DNA of 64,000 bases, from positions 1 through 64,000 of IMG/VR virus record IMGVR_UViG_3300043425_001634, one strand, 5' to 3'. A model generated the notes under the pieces. The model worked only from the letters and a program-made list of their open reading frames with translations. It was not told the DNA's origin and did not search any database. Shown here piece by piece: positions 48,074-56,723 of the stretch. Positions within the stretch are counted from its first letter, which is position 1. The number at the start of each line of letters is the position of its first letter. Origin of the DNA: a virus. Both the position numbers and the translations under genes were made by a program.

Positions 48074-49165
48074 ATGTCTAACAACAAGCTTACGATTGAA
48101 AGTATCAATCAAGACCTCAAGGCGGCCAAGATCCGCATCCGCATCTGTACGGTAAAAGAAGGAAATACTTTGTTCTTAAGGGGGACTTTGCCTCCTAAGC
48201 CGGGTAGTGGAAAAGTTGGGGCTTACCAGCAAAGAGTCTCCCTTGGAGTTTTTGCCTCAGAAGTGGGGCTTCAATTTGCAAAAGGAGAAGCAATTAGATT
48301 GGCTGGCCTATTGGATACATATAGATTCTCATGGGAATCTTATCTCCCCGACATTTTCAATGATAGCACAAGTCAACTCAAAAAATGTGGGGAATGGATC
48401 AAATTATTTGAGGAAGATTTTTGGCAAACGGGGACAAGATGCCGAGTTACCTGGAAGGATTACCGCAAGGTTTTCAAGAAGCTTCCTACTAATGAATTAT
48501 TGGTTTACGATCTTGCAAAAAAAATTATTTTAGAGACAAAGCCAAACACGAAAAGCAGAGAACGTACCACGGATAAAATTGCATCACTTTGTGAATTTGC
48601 CGAAATACCCGATGCCTCAAATTTGCGCCGTTACCGGGGTTGCTATTCTCAGAGGGGTAAAAATACGCCTATAGTTGTCCCTGCATATCAAGAAATTCTT
48701 GATTGCGTGGATCATTTCCATAATGACTGGTGGCGAAATGCCTTTTGTTTGCAGGCAGCTTATGGACTCAGAAATCACGAAATTTACCACCTGAATTTTG
48801 ACAAGATGCACCAGGGTCTTCTGATTGTCAACAAAAATACAAAAACTGGCTGGCGGGTAGTCCCCAGTTGCCACCCTGAATGGGTGGAAAAATGGGGACT
48901 CAAAAAATTAACACCGGCGGATATGCCCCAGTCTACCTTGACCGATAATGACTTACTTGGTCGCCAGGTTTGGAAGGCTTACAAGCGATCAAAAGTACCA
49001 TTTTCCCCCTATGCTTTGCGCCACCGATTTGCCTGTGACTGTGCCTTACAAAATAAGCCTGTGGCCTTGGCCGCAAAAGTCATGGGGCACAGCTTAGAAA
49101 CGCATACAAAAATTTACCATGCTTTTCTCAGTCAGGATGACTTGCTGAGTGCATGGTATAAGTAA
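48074..49165 (+). CDS. int: Tyrosine recombinase/integrase (cyanobacterial type)
   Basis: YGLRNHE, TKTG.R, PYALRH and MGHS...HTKIY. Confidence 0.93.
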   Translation: MSNNKLTIESINQDLKAAKIRIRICTVKEGNTLFLRGTLPPKPGSGKVGAYQQRVSLGVFASEVGLQFAKGEAIRLAGLLDTYRFSWESYLPDIFNDSTSQLKKCGEWIKLFEEDFWQTGTRCRVTWKDYRKVFKKLPTNELLVYDLAKKIILETKPNTKSRERTTDKIASLCEFAEIPDASNLRRYRGCYSQRGKNTPIVVPAYQEILDCVDHFHNDWWRNAFCLQAAYGLRNHEIYHLNFDKMHQGLLIVNKNTKTGWRVVPSCHPEWVEKWGLKKLTPADMPQSTLTDNDLLGRQVWKAYKRSKVPFSPYALRHRFACDCALQNKPVALAAKVMGHSLETHTKIYHAFLSQDDLLSAWYK

Positions 49166-49169
49166 ATTT

Positions 49170-49358
49170 TCAAGACTTTCTTTTAGCCATTATTGTGTTC
49201 ATGTATTTTTCTATGGCGGGTAAGTTATACTCATACTGACCAGAAGGTGTTCGCCGATAATGGATGCCTTCAATCCAGTAATTAATTCGCCATCTCCTGA
49301 TCGTTGATTTATGTTTTCTGAGTTTTGCTGTAATTTCTTTAATTTTCAAGTAATTCAC
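49170..49358 (-). CDS. Excisionase-like protein
   Basis: Small basic MerR-like HTH, WIEGIHY...YNL; convergent with the integrase. Confidence 0.75.
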   Translation of the reverse strand: MNYLKIKEITAKLRKHKSTIRRWRINYWIEGIHYRRTPSGQYEYNLPAIEKYMNTIMAKRKS

Positions 49359-49415
49359 TTTGTTTCCCCTTGATTACAATGATACCCCGACTAAAGTTTA
49401 GTCGGGGTATTTTAT

Positions 49416-49979
49416 TTATCGACCAAAAAGTAGCACTTCTGAGGATTTAAATAACCGCTCATTGGTTGGCAGTTGCCAACTTCTTAGGAGGTCAAAAATG
49501 GCGATTTTTGCAATCTCATATCGCTGTTCGTCCATCACATAACATTTAATGTGATAATCATTTAATTGCTCTTGTGGGTTTAATTTTTTCCGACCTCCTC
49601 TTGGTCCAGTTTTTATGATTGGTTCAATAAAGCAGCAAGACCCAATGTAATAGGATGGCGAATCATTGATCGCCAATCCATTCGCTACAAAAACATCCAA
49701 TAGTGCGCCTATAGCATTGTCTATATCCGCCCTCAAGGATCCGTGAAAGCAAAAGATTAAGCCAAATCTCTCAGGAAATGCTTGAACCTGCTGTTGATTT
49801 AGGTAAGAAATTACCTTATTCTGCCACTCCCTGTATTCAGAAGCCATATATGCCCCGTTGGTTCCGAACCGAGGCCGCTCTTTGGCGGCGCAGAGTTTCG
49901 GTTTGTTATTGATCACTACAGCAGGAATTTCAAAATATTGACTGCTGCTGTTTATGCCGAAAATTTGACTGGCTGCCAT
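49416..49979 (-). CDS. RusA-like Holliday junction resolvase
   Basis: KERPRF and ADIDNAIGALLDVF...INDS. Confidence 0.75.
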   Translation of the reverse strand: MAASQIFGINSSSQYFEIPAVVINNKPKLCAAKERPRFGTNGAYMASEYREWQNKVISYLNQQQVQAFPERFGLIFCFHGSLRADIDNAIGALLDVFVANGLAINDSPSYYIGSCCFIEPIIKTGPRGGRKKLNPQEQLNDYHIKCYVMDEQRYEIAKIAIFDLLRSWQLPTNERLFKSSEVLLFGR

Positions 49980-50611
49980 AGCGTGTACGTTTCTCCAAAT
50001 ACTTTGACAAAGTTTTCTGGGTGGTGTCCAAAATAATAAAGACAAGTGTCGTATCGATTGCTTTCGCCAATTGGTTGGCGATCAAGATCCACGAATTGTA
50101 TTCGTGGGCATACCATTGCTCCTACCTTGCAGTGGCTACCCAGCAGCTTGCTTGTACCTGCATTTTGCATAGTCCCTGCCAGCATTAGCGCGATCGCTTC
50201 CGCTACATTCCCAATTTCCATTTCTTGAATCAATTTTTCCAAGAAAAGAGATTGGTTCCCCTTATTTCCCACTTTGCTGTAAGGAGGATTCATAAACAAA
50301 CAGGCATTAGGGATACGACCTGGATTCCAGGTTAGTTGTTCTAGAGCATTATCTTTTTTGGTGAAAAAAGTTTTTGCTCCTATTAAATTTGTTCCGTCTT
50401 CCTTTTTTCTTGTACAGGGATCTATGTCTATGTCGCTAAAGTCAGGTCTGGACATCTTGAATACTTTTCTGATCTGGCCTAAATGCCATTCAGGGGTGTA
50501 GGCTTCATCTGAGCCTTTTTCTTCTTGTCTTTTCGTCTGGTTGACTGACTGAAAGGTAGAAAGTTTATTATTAGCAGATGCTTCAAATAGCGAAAGTTGA
50601 TTTGGCGTCAT
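49952..50611 (-). CDS. Phage DNA N6-adenine methyltransferase
   Basis: DEAYTP, DIDPC, FMNPPYS and RIQF; N-terminal QLSLF. Confidence 0.88.
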   Translation of the reverse strand: MTPNQLSLFEASANNKLSTFQSVNQTKRQEEKGSDEAYTPEWHLGQIRKVFKMSRPDFSDIDIDPCTRKKEDGTNLIGAKTFFTKKDNALEQLTWNPGRIPNACLFMNPPYSKVGNKGNQSLFLEKLIQEMEIGNVAEAIALMLAGTMQNAGTSKLLGSHCKVGAMVCPRIQFVDLDRQPIGESNRYDTCLYYFGHHPENFVKVFGETYTLWQPVKFSA

Positions 50612-50658
50612 ATAGCTAGTTCTACCCGGTTTTAGTGACCTTTGAATTCCGATTGTCT

Positions 50659-50892
50659 TTAGTAATTCTGCCGTTTTTGTTCGTAAATTGATTCGAGACT
50701 TGCGACTACAAATTCAGCCGCTAACGGAGGAATGATCGCGTTTCCGTAGCCCCGTAAATCTCTGGAAATTTTCAATCGCTCCACTCTATCCCGTACCCCC
50801 ATCAGCCACCGGACAAACTCCGGGTTTAATGGGGCGCGATTGCCCTTCTGAATCTTGAATGAGGTCATTGTGACCTGCTTCCTGCTTTTCAT
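50659..50892 (-). pseudogene. C-terminal fragment of a C5-cytosine methyltransferase
   Basis: LNPEFVRWLMG (motif IX-like) and LRGYGNAIIPPLA (motif X); no catalytic PC motif. Confidence 0.7.
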
Positions 50893-50930
50893 CTCCGATC
50901 ATTAACCCGATCAGAGATGAAAAAAATATG

Positions 50931-51698
50931 CTAAAATAAATTTAACTGCATTGGTTGATTTGTTGGCTCCAGCTTTGCTTGCTGGGGCTTATTTTTTAGG
51001 TTCTGTTCGGGAAATTCTTTAATCTCTTCTCCTTCCAATAAGCAACCACCTGCTTTTGGGGTTCTGCCGCCCCATTGCTTGAAGAAAAAAGGCACTCCCG
51101 CTACATAGCACTGATCTCGAATACTTATTGCCCATTGATATGCCATATCGCGAGAACCCGCCCCCGATTCCCCACCCACAATTACCCAGTGAATGCCATA
51201 CAGGGGTAGGTAAAGGGGGCCTAGCAGTGGCTCACAAGAAAGGAATCGGATTTTTGCAGGAACCGTAACCAAATCAGCAATTCGATTAACGTAATCCTGA
51301 GTCTCTACTGATACGCCCATCCAGATATTTTCATGCCAGATTAATTTAGGGGCAAGTTCTTTCAGGCGATCGCTTCTTTTTGTCAAAATTTGATAAGTGT
51401 GCCAAGGGGTTTTTTCTATAACGCTAAATACCTCTTGAATAAATTCTAGCGGCACATCTTTGTGAAACAAGTCACTCATTGAGTTAACGAATACTCGACT
51501 AGGTTTGCGCCACTTTAAGGGGTCGGTTAATCGGTCTGAATGTAATGTTAAGTTAAAGCCGTTTGGCCACCCGTTTGGAAAGCGCCTTGTTAGTTCTTCT
51601 GCATAACACCGGAGGCAACCTGGGCTAATTTTTGTGCAGCCCGTGGTGGGGTTCCATGTGCGGTCTGTCCATTCAATACCAGTTTTTGTGTTTGACAT
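50931..51698 (-). CDS. DUF5131 / phage Gp37Gp68 radical-SAM-like protein
   Basis: TGIEWTDRTWNPTTGCTKISPGCLRCYA, FVNSMSDLFH, GGESG and FFFKQWGG; ends QLNLF. Confidence 0.92.
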   Translation of the reverse strand: MSNTKTGIEWTDRTWNPTTGCTKISPGCLRCYAEELTRRFPNGWPNGFNLTLHSDRLTDPLKWRKPSRVFVNSMSDLFHKDVPLEFIQEVFSVIEKTPWHTYQILTKRSDRLKELAPKLIWHENIWMGVSVETQDYVNRIADLVTVPAKIRFLSCEPLLGPLYLPLYGIHWVIVGGESGAGSRDMAYQWAISIRDQCYVAGVPFFFKQWGGRTPKAGGCLLEGEEIKEFPEQNLKNKPQQAKLEPTNQPMQLNLF

Positions 51699-51700
51699 TT

Positions 51701-52720
51701 TTACTCCTCAGTTCCGTCTGTGCACGAACACATGATCAAATTTTTAATACTATCGATTTCCAATTGCTCGCTTTCAGTCAATTCATTGCAATTAGACCAT
51801 CCGAAAGAACGACCTAAACCAATAACTTTGCTTCCCTGGGGGGTGTGTTGTAGCGCCTGTTTTTCCAGAAATACCCCGATCTCGTAGAAGTCCGGGTGTT
51901 TTTCTTTCAATGCTAATACTTCGCTGATTTTTGCATTCGAGCAAAACCAGCACGATGATTTTGCTGGTTGTTTCTCCAGTAATCTACACAAGTCTAGGCA
52001 GTTTTGCTGGTTTTGGTTGAATCTGCTGACTAATGGATAGTCGATCAAACCATAGCTTGTTTCAAGCGACTTGGCTTCACCTTGTTTTGTAAACAATCTT
52101 TGGGTTTCGCCCGAATGGATTCCGATCCATTGAGTAATTGGCAATAAAAGGTAATTGTTTTTTATGTAAGCTTCAATTACAGCGATCTTCCATTCTTTTG
52201 AGCAAGCACCATATCCATAGGCTTTAGAGGGAAGGGTTTCGCTTAACAGGCAACGGTCACCCAGCGTCTCTGCTACGCCGTAAATCTTGGTATGAAACTC
52301 AACAACAATCCAAGGGAGAATGGCCATAAAAATTTTAGTATTTACCCTTGACTTGAGATTTTCTACCCGTGCTTTTAGATGGGATTCTAACGTGGTTCTT
52401 TTTCCTGGATTACCGGGATTCTTTCTCAGAACAGTTATGCCGACCATAGGCGGATAGCCTTGCCAATCATTTGTCAACCAAGTGCTGAACCATTCGATAA
52501 ATTCATAAGTCCGGGGATGCTCATTTCCTGTATCTGCAAATAATATTGCATCCACCTTGATGCCCTTTAATCTTGCTATTATTAGCATGGCGGTAGAATT
52601 TACTCCGCCACCATAGGAAACTACGATTGGCCAATCAGGAAGCACTCTATTTTTTATTGCCTCCACTGGATTAATCGGCAATTCTTTTTCCATCTCCTTG
52701 AAAAGACTTAATTGTCTCAT
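51701..52720 (-). CDS. PAPS-reductase-family (PP-loop) protein
   Basis: VSYGGGVNS, FADTGNEHP.TY, CSKEWKI and KSSCWFC; N-terminal QLSLF. Confidence 0.85.
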   Translation of the reverse strand: MRQLSLFKEMEKELPINPVEAIKNRVLPDWPIVVSYGGGVNSTAMLIIARLKGIKVDAILFADTGNEHPRTYEFIEWFSTWLTNDWQGYPPMVGITVLRKNPGNPGKRTTLESHLKARVENLKSRVNTKIFMAILPWIVVEFHTKIYGVAETLGDRCLLSETLPSKAYGYGACSKEWKIAVIEAYIKNNYLLLPITQWIGIHSGETQRLFTKQGEAKSLETSYGLIDYPLVSRFNQNQQNCLDLCRLLEKQPAKSSCWFCSNAKISEVLALKEKHPDFYEIGVFLEKQALQHTPQGSKVIGLGRSFGWSNCNELTESEQLEIDSIKNLIMCSCTDGTEE

Positions 52721-52724
52721 TTTT

Positions 52725-53195
52725 TTATCGTCTCCTTTGATTTATTCTTGACTGAGCAAGAATTTCCTTCCACTCTTTTAGCGATTCCCAATGTGCATTG
52801 ACCCATGAGTAAAGTTCTGTCCATTGCTTGTTGTTTGCTACTTTTTGCCCAATTTTTTTGTTCAAAAAGTCAATAAAATTTTCGGCGCTTGAAGAGTCTG
52901 CATTTAAAATTTGCAGTAATCTTTCTAAGCATTGAACTTTTTCACTAAATTTCGATCTCGGAATCAAGAATACAGCTATTCGTCCTTTCGTTTTTTGTAA
53001 GTTCTCCTTGTTCATTTTTTTTACTAACACTATTGTTAGTCTCTGAGGTATCGATTGGTTTGTGTACGCTGTTATTTTTGACTGCGAAATTGAATAGCAT
53101 CCACAGAAAAAATAATAATCGTCCTGATTTTTTCCGTGGAGTCGAAAATTTTCAATTAATTTATTCCAGGATGGAATCATTCTTTGATGTCCCAC
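52725..53195 (-). CDS. Hypothetical protein, paralogue of the upstream gene
   Basis: Shares PSW, YY.F, KG.I..F.I and CLE.LL..LN with 53177-53707. Confidence 0.65.
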   Translation of the reverse strand: MGHQRMIPSWNKLIENFRLHGKNQDDYYFFCGCYSISQSKITAYTNQSIPQRLTIVLVKKMNKENLQKTKGRIAVFLIPRSKFSEKVQCLERLLQILNADSSSAENFIDFLNKKIGQKVANNKQWTELYSWVNAHWESLKEWKEILAQSRINQRRR

Positions 53196-53707
53196 TTGCT
53201 TTTTAGATCAATCCATTCACTCAGTTGGATCCATTTGGTAAGGGAAGTTATTTTCTTGGGAAACAGAAAAGTGAATTCTTCCTCTAGGGATGGATTACTG
53301 TTTAGTAAGTTTAGTAGTTTTTCTAAACAACAGAGTTGATCCCATGACTCAAAATAGGCATAGGGAGTACATTGATTAATCATAAAAGAACCGATCTTGC
53401 CTTTTGACATTTTTAGCTCCCCCTTATCACCTTTCTTTATCAAGGTAATAGTTATCGTTTCTTGCCTGGAATAAGGACATTCCAGCCATTTATCTTTACT
53501 TATGTACTCTTCTATTTTCCACAATTTGAAGAACAAATAGTATTGCTGAACAGGATCGAGTCCAGTGATACATTTTTCATCATTTAATTTTCGGTTTAGT
53601 AACTCCCAACTGGGGACAGTAAAAACATTCGTGATCATTGCTGTGTGCTGTGTATTCAAAAGTATGTATTGTTGTTTACCAATATCATGGTAGTTTACAG
53701 CTACCAT
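53177..53707 (-). CDS. Hypothetical protein, paralogue of the downstream gene
   Basis: Shares PSW, YY.F, KG.I..F.I and CLE.LL..LN with 52725-53195. Confidence 0.65.
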   Translation of the reverse strand: MVAVNYHDIGKQQYILLNTQHTAMITNVFTVPSWELLNRKLNDEKCITGLDPVQQYYLFFKLWKIEEYISKDKWLECPYSRQETITITLIKKGDKGELKMSKGKIGSFMINQCTPYAYFESWDQLCCLEKLLNLLNSNPSLEEEFTFLFPKKITSLTKWIQLSEWIDLKSKWDIKE

Positions 53708-53722
53708 GATATTTTCTTGAGG

Positions 53723-54163
53723 TTAAGGAATGAAGGATTGTTTTCTGCCCGCTTCAGCTAAAAGATTGACTAAATCTGCTGGGTCGTTTACCCATCCTTC
53801 AACGGAGTTGTCGCTACTGTCGAATTGCGACCAAATGGTCACATACCATTCATAATAATCAGCGAATTCATCTGATTTCGACCATCGGAATTCAAAAATC
53901 ACTAAAACCGGATAAGTGACATCATTTTTTCCTTTTAGTGTACTGATTGATTCTTTTTCTATATCTACTTTGACTTTTCTGCCTGTCACCAAGAACTGAT
54001 AAAGGTCTTGACCTATAACACCAGTTAGCATTTGAACCAGCACTTGAGATTCAGCTACTTTCTGACGTTTTTGTCGTTTTTGCTCTAGAATTTCTTGTTC
54101 TGTTGCTCGTTGTGCAGCGGTTTCTATTAACTGTCGAATTGATGAAAATTTTTGGTTTTTCAT
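53723..54163 (-). CDS. Hypothetical protein
   Basis: ORF in the early-gene-like operon. Confidence 0.6.
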   Translation of the reverse strand: MKNQKFSSIRQLIETAAQRATEQEILEQKRQKRQKVAESQVLVQMLTGVIGQDLYQFLVTGRKVKVDIEKESISTLKGKNDVTYPVLVIFEFRWSKSDEFADYYEWYVTIWSQFDSSDNSVEGWVNDPADLVNLLAEAGRKQSFIP

Positions 54164-54240
54164 GGTATAATTTCCTTAATTGTGACCTCTTTATCTCCAA
54201 GCAACTAATTGCTACAAAAATTGCTTGGAGATTTTTTTAC

Positions 54241-55197
54241 TTAATAAAGCATTTCGTATCCTTGTGACTCGAAATCGTCAAGACCTGCCGAATCTGCTGC
54301 TATCGCTTGGGATCGGCGAACGTAGTCGATTCCTTCTTCTGTCGCTTCAGATTCTTCTGACTTTTCCGCTTTACTCCAGTTGAGATCCCAGCTAGAAACT
54401 TGTTCCAGCATTTCATTTATCTTCACGCGAGACTCTGGGGGCAGTAAAAGGGATTCAAAAGATCCTGCATGATAGCCAGTCATGCAGTAAAGTTTTTTTG
54501 AGGCGCTACCCGATCCTCGTACCTCAATTTTGTATTGCGGAGCGAATGAAAACTTCGAGAAAAAACCGGTGCTGGTAACGCTTATTTTCCGCTCCGTAGC
54601 GTACCCGCGAAGCAAATCACAGAAGGCAATCTGTTGATCCTTTTTCTTTTCAATCTTTCGTGCAAAAGATCCGAAGTATGCTCCCATTTGGGCGCACAAT
54701 ACGCCCTTAAAGGTCAGCATTAAAGGGGTATCCTGACAGATGTTATTTTTCGCATCTAAAAATGCGATCGCGTATCGTTGGAGTAGCTGGTGGCTATCTT
54801 TATTTTCTTGATAGTATTTCCACTTTGCTTGATTCATTTTTTCTGGAAATGAATCTTTTTGGTTCCGCGCCTTCATGTGGATATCTCCTATCTTGAGGAT
54901 ACACAGGCGGGGTGACGCTGATACAAACAGGGGCAAGGTATCTCCACCCTGGAACCGATATTCGATGAGTTCCCACGACTCATCGGCGGCGGTGAATCCG
55001 CATTTTTCAGCATTCTCGGCAGTGATAGCCATCCCTACCACCCGACGAAATTCACCATTCACTTCCACTGGATCGGCTACGACCATAGTCTGCCCATACG
55101 GGCGAATCCGAACGGACTCAATAAAATCACCGCCAGAGTTGAGATCGTCATAATTGGCTGTAATAGACTTTGTTGTATTGGGCATTGTATTAGGCAT
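54241..55197 (-). CDS. Hypothetical protein, possibly ssDNA-binding (DUF5895-like) with acidic tail
   Basis: Beta-rich core FLDAKNN...PLMLTFKG; acidic C-terminus. Confidence 0.45.
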   Translation of the reverse strand: MPNTMPNTTKSITANYDDLNSGGDFIESVRIRPYGQTMVVADPVEVNGEFRRVVGMAITAENAEKCGFTAADESWELIEYRFQGGDTLPLFVSASPRLCILKIGDIHMKARNQKDSFPEKMNQAKWKYYQENKDSHQLLQRYAIAFLDAKNNICQDTPLMLTFKGVLCAQMGAYFGSFARKIEKKKDQQIAFCDLLRGYATERKISVTSTGFFSKFSFAPQYKIEVRGSGSASKKLYCMTGYHAGSFESLLLPPESRVKINEMLEQVSSWDLNWSKAEKSEESEATEEGIDYVRRSQAIAADSAGLDDFESQGYEMLY

Positions 55198-55268
55198 GGT
55201 ATTTTTTCTCAGTAAGTGTAAGTTTTTAGTATGTTTTAGGGACTTTACCACCTGTCCAGCAGATGAGA

Positions 55269-55481
55269 TCATCTAGCGATCGCAATGAGCATTCGCAAAG
55301 TAGTCACCAAATAAATCTTTTTTCTGGATTCCAAATTCCTAAGACAAACTTCAACATCTTTTTTGTTGAGATGAGTTTTTTCTGCGATTTGTTCGAGATT
55401 CATCGCGCAATCACCGCTTTTGATTAATTGCATGATTCTATTTTCTTCTTGATAATAATTTGACATGGCTATCCATTTCAA
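55269..55481 (-). CDS. Small winged-HTH protein
   Basis: MNLEQIAEKTHLNKKDVEVCLRNLESRKKI. Confidence 0.65.
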   Translation of the reverse strand: MKWIAMSNYYQEENRIMQLIKSGDCAMNLEQIAEKTHLNKKDVEVCLRNLESRKKIYLVTTLRMLIAIAR

Positions 55482-55725
55482 ATGATAAAGAGAGTAACTC
55501 GTTTAATGTCCGCTGTAAAGTTTCCGTTGGTGCAGTTTCCAGCCTTACGTTTAATCTAGGGATTATTATGGCTACGGCAAACAATTCAAAAATTAAATCA
55601 CTTTTTTGCTGATTTAATTGTTGCACTGTCTCAATGTAGTCGATTAAAGTCCGCCTATCTTCGACTCGATAAATCTCTCTGCGGTATTTTTCCGCAGCGA
55701 ATAACTGCTCGATCGTCAATTCCAT
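55438..55725 (-). CDS. Possible NblA-like phycobilisome degradation protein (double length)
   Basis: MELTIEQLF resembles the NblA ELSLEQQF signature; strong GGAGG ribosome-binding site. Confidence 0.45.
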   Translation of the reverse strand: MELTIEQLFAAEKYRREIYRVEDRRTLIDYIETVQQLNQQKSDLIFELFAVAIIIPRLNVRLETAPTETLQRTLNELLSLSFEMDSHVKLLSRRK

Positions 55726-55741
55726 TTTACTAACCTCCTCT

Positions 55742-56659
55742 TTAGGTGAAATCTAGGCTGAGTTGAACGTGACCAAGGGTAGCCAGTCTTGTTTCAATTT
55801 CGCTCTTGATATTCCCCGTCAATTTGCTGCTGGATTGCAATAAATCTTCGCCGACTCGTTTTGTCTTGGTCAGCAGAACATTAAATTTCTGGAGAGACTG
55901 TAACGCCTTGCCGCCAGGTTCAACGGATTTATTTTTAATTGCTTCTCTGACAACTTCTACCTCGATCTGATTGGCAAGCATTTCCTCTGCCGCCATTAAT
56001 TTTTCGGTAAAAGATTGGACACTTTCAGTGTCATCCACATTGACGGACTCCTCTAAGTCAGAGGCGATCGACAACAAGATTTCTTGCGTTTCTTCGTTTT
56101 GTTTGTCGATCGTTTCAACCACTTTCGCCAAGTGTTTACAGACGATTGCCCCTTGTCTTCCATCCATTCCTACTGCTACTTTTGCGATCGCTCCCAGTTG
56201 AGATGTCCCAACTGTTGCAATATTTTGGAGTTTTTTCAGCAACTTGGTCGTTAGGATGCCTTCTGCTTGTTGCTGAAATAGTTCAACAACTTGAGATTTT
56301 ATTCTGTCTTTGAGCTTCAATAATTTCAACAAAGCTTCGTGAGTAATGCTTGCTAAGTTTAAATCTTCATTGTTTTTAAGCCAAAAGTACGACTGGCACA
56401 TCGTGTCAATTTTCTTTTGTGTCAGTTCTGCAAACCAACCGCCCCTCGCCCGCAGTTCTTTAAGCAATTGCTTTTCTTCCACCCGTAGAAGTAGAGAATT
56501 AACAGCTTCCACTAAAAGCTTGCATTTTTGATAGTAAGCTAGGTTCATTTTCGACTCAGGGTTATTGATTTCATCGTTTTGATGATTTTGATGATTTCTT
56601 GCCACGCTACCACCGTTAAATTGACGATCGTACTCTTGGTTGATTACTTGAGCCAGCAT
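55742..56659 (-). CDS. Helical hypothetical protein ending QLSLDF
   Basis: 305-aa ORF. Confidence 0.6.
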   Translation of the reverse strand: MLAQVINQEYDRQFNGGSVARNHQNHQNDEINNPESKMNLAYYQKCKLLVEAVNSLLLRVEEKQLLKELRARGGWFAELTQKKIDTMCQSYFWLKNNEDLNLASITHEALLKLLKLKDRIKSQVVELFQQQAEGILTTKLLKKLQNIATVGTSQLGAIAKVAVGMDGRQGAIVCKHLAKVVETIDKQNEETQEILLSIASDLEESVNVDDTESVQSFTEKLMAAEEMLANQIEVEVVREAIKNKSVEPGGKALQSLQKFNVLLTKTKRVGEDLLQSSSKLTGNIKSEIETRLATLGHVQLSLDFT

Positions 56660-56723
56660 GATTGTTTCCCTTTGTTTGATTTACTGTTTTAGGCAGTCCC
56701 GGAAAAACCGGGACTTTGTTTTT

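Noticed and set aside
43065-52720. Complete Dnd/Ssp phosphorothioation or Dpd 7-deazaguanine system
   Set aside because: No DndD/E, cysteine desulfurase, DpdA or Que/FolE homologues recognised in the window.
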